A stretch of DNA of 63,999 nt, counting the filler, from Perkinsus olseni (taxonomy: Eukaryota), in the NCBI GenBank assembly GCA_013115125.1. It is 16 parts of 16 records of this genome, joined end to end, with 100 filler letters (N's around TTAATTAATTAA, not from the genome) between each part and the next. Parts side by side here need not be neighbours in the genome. Positions count along the whole stretch, not along the records: positions 12,412 to 16,408 come from JABANN010001325.1; positions 16,509 to 20,504 come from JABANN010001326.1; positions 20,605 to 24,588 come from JABANN010001327.1; positions 24,689 to 28,667 come from JABANN010001328.1; 12 more parts are not named here. One strand, given 5' to 3'. This document shows, in pieces, positions 14,961-24,839 of the stretch (position 1 is the stretch's first letter; each line of letters opens with the position of its first letter). The notes under the pieces are model-generated. The model did not search any database and was not told where the DNA came from. It saw only the letters and a list, made by a program, of their open reading frames with translations. The position numbers and the translations under genes were made by a program.

Positions 14961-16508
14961 AATTGGATCTGTTTTATTGCGCATCTGAACCGACAACGGT
15001 GATGAGCGACGCTGCTTGAAGGTTTATTTGCGAACTGCAGAAGATGGTGCCTATTAAAATGGCTGCCGGCAATCTGCTAGTCATCCGGACGACCAGGGAA
15101 GCTGCTAGTCATGCGAGCTCTAGCTTACGTCGAATAACTTGTTCATCCGGTAGCCGTTGAAATGCTCGCATTGGTGTTGGGTGACGTTATACGGGCGTGA
15201 GAAAAATCGATAAGTCTCTTCGAAGTCACTGAGGAAACCATGGCAAGGTTTCTTGGATTCTGCAATGGAAAATTCTCTCACTCCCTCTCCTTGCGGGCAG
15301 CTATTTCCGCCTCGGTGAAGCCTTCGTATCGCGACGGCAGCGCGAACTTCCCAGGCGGTTTCTGGAGACGATAAGCAGTTACGGCTGATAAAACTGCGAT
15401 AGCCCGAATTCACTTGAGAATCAGCGGTCAATTGCTGTGGCTTACTTGTCGTTTCTGAATGGTTGCCTCCGGAACGACGACAGAGCCAGCTGGGACCATC
15501 CGCGTGTACGTGACGTACCTAGCTTTCCAGCTCAAAACTACTTCGAGATTGGGAGCTGAAAGCTGCTCTCAATGGTTGGCACAGGGACCGATCACCGTCT
15601 TGGCACGTGGTGCGAGTTCAAGAAAATGCTGTCCTTTTCGCACCGAGCCACCATACTCGGAGTCCGAATATTATGGTTCCGAATTTCCGACCGTCCGAAT
15701 ATTTTCGTTCTGTGGAGCTCTCACACCAGCGAGCTTCTATTACTGCTGGCTAAGTCCTGTGGTAGTGCGAAACATGCATCCCTGCACGTTCCAAACCGTT
15801 GGACCGCACGGCGTTACCCGATGGACATAGATCCGTCGATCCGAGGTGATTGATACATAAGCCACTGGCAATCCCAGTCTGGCCTGTGGAATTCACATCA
15901 TGGTAAACTCGAGCGAATCAAAGCGAGCAGTGTTGCCAAATTCTTTGTCAGCAGTCTAATGAAATTGCGATTGAGCATGATCTAATTGGAGCCTTACTTA
16001 ACAACATCCACATCATCCGCGTGTCCATGATCGATTTGTCGCAATGGCTCCAGCCGCATCCCAGTGGTCTGAGGCGTTTGAGATTGGTGCCATCCTTAAT
16101 AATGATATTACTCACCGAAGTTCTCATGTTCTCGAGGTGTCTCCCTTCTTTCTCTACAATAGCCTTCCACAACGTCTGAGCTCTTATGGGGTTGAATTTC
16201 CTGACGTTGTCGGTAATCGCTCCGAGTGGAAACTAGAAGTTAACTCACTTGCTAACCCCAGGCAGGAAACCCATAGACGCTGAGGTTGGGAGAGGCATAC
16301 GCGAAACCAGAACCCGCGAGAGGGGACACCAGGTATCCGACACCTCCTCGAGACCGGATTCGCGAATGCAGACCCGGGAGTAGCTAGGGTAAGGAGATTA
16401 CGTCAAGANNNNNNNNNNNNNNNNNNNNNNNNNNNNNNNNNNNNNNNNNNNNTTAATTAATTAANNNNNNNNNNNNNNNNNNNNNNNNNNNNNNNNNNNN
16501 NNNNNNNN

Positions 16509-17381
16509 GTACGTACAGTGATAAGTCGTACAGTTCCGACTCGTACAGTTGAAACTCGTACAGTGTTATTTCGTACACCGAATTTTCGTACTTCTCGAAA
16601 TTTTCGTACAGCTGGGCAATTTTTTAATCATTATTTTTGCGCCGCGCAAAAATAATGATTATAAAATTGCCCGCGCGCTCCGCGCGCGACCCCCCGCTTG
16701 CCAAGGACTCCGTCCGTATTTCCTAATTGCCGACTGTCGGGATTGATCTCGGGTGATCCGCTGAATTACAGGCGCTCCTACCACTGCACCAGTTTCGCGT
16801 TCGCAAGTTTCTAAACCTTGAAGACTGAAGTCTATTGGACGGACAAATTTTTATCAGTTATTAGCTGTGCACTATACTCTGGGTCTTTTAGGTTCGTGGT
16901 CTTAAGTGCGAGCCCCTCTCATCGATAAATGTCACGAGCTTAGTATTTCGGGACTAGTATCTACCCGAGGGTATTGGACCCTTTCGCCTTCGAGTTTAGA
17001 AATGGCTTTTCAGGCGAGTTGGTTAGGCCAACGATTTTTTACACATGTGGCACAGGTTCGAGACTCCCTCAAAGAATTACAGCTATCGAAATAGCACCTG
17101 CCCAAATTTGCCGCGATGTGCGTTAGGAGGCAGCTGTACCGAATAACGCTGTACGAATGAAGCTTGTACCGCTGGATACTGTACGAATGGTCAGTGTACG
17201 GCTGGATACTGTAGACTTGTCTCTGTATCTGTGGATACTGTACTGAACGACACTGTATCACTGAAAACTGTACGAGCTGTCACTGCACGACTTATCACTG
17301 TACGGCTTGAAACTGTACGAGATACTCCTGTATGAATGAAAGGCGTACCAAATAAGGCCTGTACGAACCCGAGGGTGTACC
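16509..17381. mobile_element. Non-autonomous DNA transposon with arrays of CGTACAG subterminal repeats (MuDR-like), left end cut by scaffold edge
   Basis: CGTACAG repeats at 16512-16611 inverted relative to CTGTACG repeats at ~17135-17365; terminus GGGTGTACC at 17373-17381; ~16850-17381 aligns by eye in reverse with 44307-44880. Confidence 0.8.
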
Positions 17382-17690
17382 ACGGCCTAGTCCAGGGAGG
17401 GTTGAGCCATGTGGTAGCTGAGCCGCATTAGTCGGAGGAGTAGGTAAACCGTCGGGGCCTAGTTGCTGCTGCTGCTCACCACCACCACGGCCTAGTCCAG
17501 AGGGGGTTGAGCTGTGTGGTAGCTGAGCCGCATTAGTCGGAGGAGTAGGCAAACCGTCGGGGCCTAATTGCTGCTGCTGCTCACCACCACCACCACCACG
17601 GCCTAGTCCAGAGAGGGGTTTGAGCCGCGTGATGGCTGAGCCGCGTCTGTCGGAGGGATGGGCAAACCGTTGGGGCCTAGTTGATCTTGC
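17381..17690 (-). repeat. ~105-bp coding tandem repeat, about 3 copies (PDGLPTPPTNAAQLPHSSTPSGLGRGGGEQQQQLG)
   Basis: Units start at 17381, 17486 and 17597; a 12-bp repeat (RNDG x3) lies at ~17813-17855. Confidence 0.9.
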
Positions 17691-17909
17691 TCCGAAGAGG
17701 GAATGCTCAGTGGGGAGTGAAATGCTCCGTCCTGAGTGACACGTTGGCCGTCTGGTCCCAGTGGATGTTGTGGATTGCCACGACCGTTGCCCAGTGGCTC
17801 GTTGTTGGGGTTGTTGCGACCGTCGTTGCGACCATCGTTGCGACCGTCGTTGCGAGAACGGCGACGAGCCTCAAGCTCGAGGTGGCGTTGTTCACGAGGG
17901 GTAACCATG
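17382..17909 (-). pseudogene. Gag-like N-terminal ORF of a probable retroelement, frameshifted and interrupted by the transposon
   Basis: Starts MVTPREQR, low-complexity Pro/Gly/Gln repeats; 2-nt excess near 17610 shifts frame relative to the other repeat units; cut by transposon end at 17381. Gag identity is inference. Confidence 0.45.
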
Positions 17910-18057
17910 AAGACTGATAGTCCAGGAGTCACTGAGGAGATAGTCTTCGTAGTACAATACCCCTCGCGTGGAAACTATGGTCAGATAGAAGTCTCGCATA
18001 GTTGGCCTTCATTGAAGGCCCTTCAACGTGATCGCTAGTAAGAGTGGTTGATGATCA

Positions 18058-18760
18058 TAGCCGCCGAAGCGGCTACACCGTCCAGCCACTTAGTGATAGC
18101 ACCACAAATAAAGCCGAAGCTAAACTTGTAGTGACTGATCCGTAGGTTTCCCTACATCTCAGATTAACCGTAGCACTACAGGTATGGGGTCCGACCTCGT
18201 AGTGACTGACCACGGTGTTACCCGCAGCCAGATTTTCCTGGTATTATCAGCACAGTTGAGTAGAGGTATCCCTAGTCAACCGTGACTGTCTAGTAACACC
18301 GGTAACTAGACAGATTTCTCAAGCTCATCAGCACCATCTGATCCGAAAAGGGCCGGTTCTAGATGATGACTGACTAGTAGCGCCGGCCACTAGCCAGATT
18401 CACAACCTCAGTAGTGCGGTAGCATGCAGACGAGTCCACAGAGGCTACCACAACTGACTAGTACCGCCTCTAGTCAGGTGCTCGCTGTACAAAACGCATA
18501 AGCATAGCCTGGCCCTCGCTGTCGGAGTAGTCGTAACGGCGTAGCGAAGGTCCCTTTGCCTCGGGCGCTAGTAACCGGCGACGTCACCAAAGTGATTCAG
18601 GTTCACTAGTGAGTACCAGGCATGAATTAGCTCACTAGTGACCCAAGGATACGCAGCGACTCCCACCTGGCCCAGGTGACCTGGGCTCTCCCCAGTGTTT
18701 GCGTACCCTTAGTACCTACCTTGTAGTGGATGTGATTAATTGATTAGTCACTAGTGGAAA
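18058..18760 (-). ncRNA. Highly structured leader with five periodic hairpin units
   Basis: Plus-strand (G/A)TGACTG...CAGATT units at 18131-18165, 18202-18234, 18282-18316, 18366-18400, degenerate at 18451-18480; c(UUCG)g-capped 7-bp stem on minus strand at 18058-18075; further stems at ~18603-18640 and ~18646-18708. Confidence 0.55.
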
Positions 18761-18824
18761 CGTCACGTGCCAGCCCTTAAACAATTGTGAATATCTACTA
18801 TCGTCTTAATAATTAAAAATCATC

Positions 18825-19951
18825 TTAACTGCTATTGCTCATAGGCTTCCAAATCCAACCCATATCCAAGTAGTGTTGAGTAGTCCGGTTGGGGGAACTG
18901 TTACCGTTGTCACATTGCTGACCAGTATCTCGTCGAGTCATGTAGTTCCGGAATGTCTGTAGTAGTGGTCCTGGGGTTTCCAACCCACGCGTCGCACAGA
19001 ACGTAGACGTAATTGGGATCCATCGGTAACGTCGTCGCGCAAGGGAATAGCAAGGCCTTCCCATAACCTTGGGGTCCATCGACTTAGTATACCGCACAAG
19101 TAGTCAAAGTTCTGGAGTCCATCGACGAGCGAGTTGCACAATGACATAATACAGGATGACTCGGGGTAGTGAACATAGTAGAGAAGAAAATACGGGTCAG
19201 AGGCCGTCACATAGTTACCATCATCGCACAGTTGGGCATAGCAACCAAGGTGCATCCATCACTCGCACAGAACATACTAGGTAGTGTTAACGTTATGGTG
19301 CAGCCATACTAGAGCCTTGGGGTCAGTTGACTCGATTACACCGCATTTAGTAAGTATCAGTGAGGAGGGGTCAGTCAGTTAGGAGGCCACACAGAAACAT
19401 CACCCTAGTAGAGGATCTGGAGTCCGTCGAGTTGTAGAGAGGTACCGTAGTGAGTCCAACTGGGGTCCGTCGACGATGATAATGTAGTAGTCGAAGATGA
19501 TCGGTTGAAATTCACAGTGAACCAAGTAGTAGCTCTGGAGTCCACCAAACGGGGATGTTGGCTTCTACTCGCAACGGTCATAGTCGCCAAAGAAAGTTAG
19601 TCCCACGCTTGCACAGAACATACTCAGGTATCGGCGTGAACTCGGTGCAATCAGTCTCCGTAGTAGTCGTAAGTAACAGCCTGTGACGCACTTGAGTGAA
19701 GTACAGTCGGTGTAGTTCTCAAGGTCGTCAATACCACCAACCAGACATAGTCCAACGGTAAAGGATAATCTCTTACACATGACGTCAAAGGTGTAGTAGA
19801 TAATCCCGGTAGAATGCGCGTGGTTAGTAGAGACATTGCAGGAATTCTCGAAAATAGTCGTCGCAACATAGTCCTCGGTGGTTCCATGGTTAGTCTCCCA
19901 CTTCCGCGGAGGGGGATGGACAACCCAACACTCTTGGAGTAGTGATATCAT
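18825..19951 (-). pseudogene. Frameshifted Cys/Tyr-rich ORF of unknown function
   Basis: Overlapping ORF pieces in alternating frames with a recurring motif (SMFCASVG ~19610, SMFCASDG ~19265, STFCATRG ~18995). Confidence 0.4.
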
Positions 19952-20378
19952 AGCAATAATCTAGTGATAGTAGGCAGTCATAGTGCGGGCAGCACGAAGG
20001 GGTAACAAAAAGGACAATAACAAAAAATCACAGCAGTAGTTTGGGTAGTTCGACTAGTCGTATCCAACCGTTTCAGATGGGACGCTTAGTAATGTTGGTT
20101 TAGTCACTAAACTTTAGTGCACTCGCGCTCGGTGTAGCGCGCACCGTCACGTGATTTGCACAACCTTTCGGCCTTTTTTGGGGGTGGTTCAAATTCAATG
20201 CCAAATACGGTGGTACAAACTCAAGCCAGCGTTTTAATTCTTCAGTAGGCTGATTGGAACCCACAACATATTTTTTCATTCTTATCATACTCTGACCGCC
20301 AGACTCTTGTGCTCCTTCGGCGAGCCTCCGTACTCGCTCACCTCATCTTCCTCTCAGGGTTTTCGGAATATGCCTTAC

Positions 20379-20504
20379 GGGGATGTTCGCGTTTCGTACA
20401 CCAAATAGTCGTACATTTTCGACTCATGTCACCAATACTCATACATCTTCGAATCGTACACGAAATGCTCGTACACCGAAAAGTCATACACAAAATACTC
20501 ATAC
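20379..20504. mobile_element. End of a DNA transposon with TCGTACAC subterminal repeats; a related end lies at 36883-36977
   Basis: Abrupt switch at GGGGATGTTCGCGTTTCGTACAC to repeated TCGTACAC/TCATACA motifs running into the scaffold end. Confidence 0.6.
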
Positions 20505-21495
20505 NNNNNNNNNNNNNNNNNNNNNNNNNNNNNNNNNNNNNNNNNNNNTTAATTAATTAANNNNNNNNNNNNNNNNNNNNNNNNNNNNNNNNNNNNNNNN
20601 NNNNTTCTGATTCGTGATTGTTACCGAGATATCGCTCTTTTTGGAAATATTCTAAGATTATTTGGAGCACTGTATAAGAGAATAAGTGGTAATGGAACAA
20701 TGTAGTAGGCAATAAGTGAGCTAAGCTAAGATATCTGTATCATCACAGCTAACACAGGAGTATTACAGCAGGCATGTAATGCGCGGGACGAAAAGTGTAG
20801 CGATCTGCTTGGAGGAACAACTCGTCAAGGACGCTAAGGAAGCTGGCAAGCGAAGTAGAAGCGTCAATGTATCGAATATGTCGCTGGAGCCTGGTCAGAG
20901 GGAGAGTCAGGTGAGGGAAGCAGTGAGGATCATCTACAATGCGTGGATGAAGTATGAATGAAAATCACTGGTGATTTGCCAACTGAGTTGACACCACACT
21001 GGATGTAATAGCAAGGGAATGCCTTAGAAAGCCTGATTTAACTTGATCAATGTAGTCTTTCTTCGCCGCTCAAGCTTAGCCATAGGCTTCCTTCACCCGG
21101 GAGAGACACATTGTATGCTACGGGGAATTGGGACAGCGATAAGGATGCACCAGCATCTTCCAGTATAGATGATGGTACCGTGGTGTGGTGGATTTTCGAG
21201 TCGTTCTAAGTTGAGTTCAGTCCGACCCTGGTGTAGGTGTGACGGGGGGCATGGACGAACTCATCTCCTCAACTTTCTGGATTAACATCTCCAGCGATTC
21301 TCTCCTGACGGGTTACCTTCCCTCATACCACCTTTGACCGGATGTACTCTCAATCACGCTACCTTCAAGATGAAAACGGGTGTTTAGGCAATGGGAGAAT
21401 CATCGAGGTAATAGCTATCCGAAGGAGGTTCCACTCGTGGGCCGTCTTGGGATGCCTCGGCGCGGGAGCTGGCGTGTTATGGTCATGCGCAGTTA

Positions 21496-24341
21496 TTGAT
21501 GATGATGGATGGGCCCTACAGAGTCAGGGCGGACTCGGAGCAGTCGAGGGACGTGTACGCCCGTGAATCGATACGTCCAGCGGTGATCATCCCAGAGCTC
21601 ACCATCCAAGGCTATGATAGAACGCTGAGGGCTGTGGCTGGCAGCGAGGCGGCCCTTCTAATCGAAGCGCTTCAACCAGATCGAACCGGTCTGGATGGCA
21701 GCCTCAGTATCCCCAGTATTCCGAAGGGTCCGATGCCGACGCACTAATCGTGGTTCGCGACTCGTGAGAGGGAGATGAGCTATGTTTTGGGTATCCTGTA
21801 CCAGCGTGTCCTTCAGTGTAATGCTTCTGACAACCATGTGGTCTTCGGGCCCCCCTCCATTATTCGTAACGCCCTGCCCGTTCTGAACTCACGAGGCGAT
21901 CCTTTCAGATAGGAGTAGTGTCGTCAGCGGCCCTCGTGGCAGGCTAGCTCGCCGTGAGTCTTCTCGTATCAATGTCCATCCATCACTGCCAGGCTGCAGA
22001 AACAGACCCTAACGGCAGACCAACCTGCTGACCGTCGAATTGTGACGAACTCCTTGGTCTGCTGCCAATCCGCCAGTTCTCTCCAGGATACCTGGCTGCC
22101 AGATTCTGGCATGAGCGCTGGAACTTCGGTGCGCCGCAGCAGCACTGCCGGTGGAAGAACGCGGAATCGAGCGCAAGAGGCTTCGACGGCTGCACGCTAC
22201 TACCGCCGTCTCGTCTCGCCTACGTTCATGAGGAACTGCAAGGTAGAAGGATACAGATACAAGCCTTGAGGGATGGGGATTCCCTTGCAACGTAGTGAGA
22301 GTCGCTGCCTCCGACGAAGACAGGACTGCATGGATTGGAAAGCGTTCGATGGACTTAATTCACCCAGCCGCACTACGGCCTGTACTAGGCGTATTGGCCA
22401 GAACGACTCCGGCAAGGCCGGTGCCCGCTTCGCTCCGCTGTGCTCGAGATGTAACCTTTCCATTGTGGATGAGCAGACGTTTCTTCGTGCTTTCGATTGC
22501 GTTCCACCGATAAACCCGACACTCGAGTGCCTAATGCCAAACCGATGGTCCGTGACTCCCTCCAGCTCAGAGTTGTGGCGGAAGCCGTCGATTTTCCCTT
22601 CATGCGTGCTCTCATCGTCGTTGCTGTCGGGTTGATGGTGCCAGCTGTGTATGGCAGCGGAAGGTGGAAGAAAATGCGCTCCCTGTTTAAGTCTAGAAAA
22701 TCTGGAAGAGCGGATTTGGCTACAGTAAGGAGAGGCACGGCTTAACTTTTCATCTGGGATATGCTCGCCTTCTCACCTTCTCCTGGCCAGGTTGACGACA
22801 CCCCCGGGGCCGGCGAAGCTGAGGGAGCGGTTGCCCGCAGGGTCAACAGGGGGCGGTCGTCTGATACTCTCGGCACCAATAGTGGTCCAATGTCTTATGC
22901 TTTCGGGGTCAACAGGGGTGCTACCGTCGGAGATAGCAGTAGCCGTATGTATGGTACTCTACCGGCTAGGAGGGGTGCCACCCTCGGACCTGGCAGAGAT
23001 GATCGTCTCGGGGCTAGCGGAAGTCGGCTGTCTTATAACCCCGGGGCTAGCAGAGATGATCGTCTCGGGGCTAGCGGAAGTCGGCTGTCTTATAACCCCG
23101 GGGCTAGCAGAGGTNNNNNNNNNNNNNNNNNNNNNNNNNNNNNNNNNNNNNNNNNNNNNNNNNNNNNNNNNNNNNNNNNNNNNNNNNNNNNNNNNNNNNN
23201 NNNNNNNNNNGTTCGTCTCGGGGCTAGCGGAAGTCGGCTGTCTTATAACCCCGGGGCTAGCAGAGGTGATCGTCTCGGGGCTAGCGGAAGTCGGCTGTCT
23301 TATAACCCCGGGGCTAGCAGAGGTGATCGTCTCGGGGCTAGCAGTGGCCGTATGTATGGTACTCTACCGGCTAGGAGGGGTGCTTCCCTCGGGACTGGCA
23401 GGGTTCCGGTGCTTGATAACCCCGGGGCCAGCAGGGGTGATACCCTGGGGGTTACGAGGATTCAGGTGGATTATACCCCGGGGTCCAGCAAGGCACAGGC
23501 GGCTGATGCCCCCAAGGTGAGCAGGACTCTCGACGCCGTTGAGGTGCCCCAGGTGAAGAGCCCCCTGGCTCAACCGTGCTGTTCCCTTTAATCGTATCCT
23601 GTCAGACGAAGGGAGCTCCAGTGAGAGCCGGGCCCAGTGCGGTACCAGCAGCTCAGGTTACCGTAGGAATCGCCGGACCCTAGCTTCTCGCTCATTCTTC
23701 GTTGTCAGAGGACCGCCTCTCTGGTCTACACCACACCGCTGGGCTCTAGGGATAAGAAACGTGACTTTGTACGCACTGAGTACGGGCCTTCGTCTCGGAA
23801 TCTGAATTCATCAGGGTGGCATCGTTGTCTACGGCAAGGAGGTGGCCCGTGGGGGCTCGATCGAGCACAGTCTCGATCACCTCTATTTCTGGGACAGCCA
23901 GTGAGTCTTACGGAACCAAAGCCAGACTGCTCCTGCCAATATTTTACCGCTGTTAGGCAGTATTACAATAACCGTAGCCGTCTGAACGTCCTGTTCGACT
24001 TGCCTGAAATATTACCGCGAAACTGCCCGACGGACGCCACAACAACACTGAGGACGTGGCTCGAGTTTTGGGGCGCTGAGGGGTACCACCAAATCTACAC
24101 ATTCGAGAATGAGTTCGCCGCCGAGTATATCAAAAACGAACATCTAATTGCGGGCAAACCGAGAGGCTTGGTGAACCATATTATGGCGATGGAAGAGGAG
24201 TTCCGGAATACTATGTATTGGGGATTCGACACCAGCAAGTTGGCCATCTGTCTCTGGGGTTATGTGTTCGACCTAGTGTACAAGCAGCAGAGGAAACGTG
24301 AACTCTTCCTTTGCCCGTCCGTTACCGCGGTAAGGCTATGA
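21496..24341 (+). pseudogene. Lineage-specific hypothetical gene, probably disrupted, containing a coding minisatellite
   Basis: Protein-like segments (21496-21747; ~22040-22295 LLPIRQFSPGYLAARFWHERW; 22761-23591; 23901-24341) separated by in-frame stops; no known domain. Confidence 0.4.
23001..23342 (+). repeat. 57-bp minisatellite (DRLGASGSRLSYNPGASRG), at least 4 copies, spanning an N gap
   Basis: Near-identical units at 23001, 23058, 23211, 23268; gap 23115-23210; flanked by a ~44-bp direct repeat at 22935 and 23340. Confidence 0.95.
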
Positions 24342-24517
24342 CTTCTCTTGGGGGTGATGGCGATTTATTTCCCAGGACGTCGGAGACGTGAAAGTGACCA
24401 TCACTCTGAGCGCGAAGGGCTTCGACGAGCTGAGGGTCCACGAGATAGAGGTCATGGGCTCGCGGTAAGGACTGAGGGGCTGGGCGAAGATCGGGGCAGT
24501 GCCTTATCGTTGTTCTT

Positions 24518-24588
<71 letters not shown>
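24518..24588. repeat. (TTG)n microsatellite at scaffold end; also 28768-28839 and 32657-32726
   Basis: Pure TTG tracts running into linkers. Confidence 0.98.
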
Positions 24589-24694
24589 NNNNNNNNNNNN
24601 NNNNNNNNNNNNNNNNNNNNNNNNNNNNNNNNTTAATTAATTAANNNNNNNNNNNNNNNNNNNNNNNNNNNNNNNNNNNNNNNNNNNNAGTCTT

Positions 24695-24757
24695 GTACGG
24701 TCGGTCGTTGAGAAATTTCAAGAGTTCAAAGTTGTTCACGAAGTTTTGAAACTCCCT
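24695..24757 (-). mobile_element. Terminal inverted repeat of a PIF/Harbinger-like element
   Basis: 24695-24760 is the exact reverse complement of 43505-43570; both read TAA|AGGGAGTTTCAAAACTTCGTG... Confidence 0.7.
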
Positions 24758-24839
24758 TTACGATAGAATTTTATGCGTGAAAAGGGTTTCCTGTGATTAA
24801 CTCTGAGCTTTAGGATCGATCTGTTGATTACTCGCATAG

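Noticed and set aside
14361-15002. Many overlapping ORFs on both strands
   Set aside because: By-product of the stop-poor palindromic MITE repeats
18131-18480. CRISPR array call for the periodic hairpin units
   Set aside because: Only the 6-7-nt flanks are conserved, no cas genes, eukaryotic context; kept as a structured-RNA finding
20700-21200. Possible non-LTR retrotransposon C-terminal zinc-knuckle relic on minus strand
   Set aside because: Needs several frameshifts and key Cys/His residues are missing
23001-23342. CRISPR-like repeat
   Set aside because: Head-to-tail units with no unique spacers; a minisatellite
24348-24644. Poly-Cys ORFs here and at 32516-32782
   Set aside because: Translations of (TTG)n microsatellites
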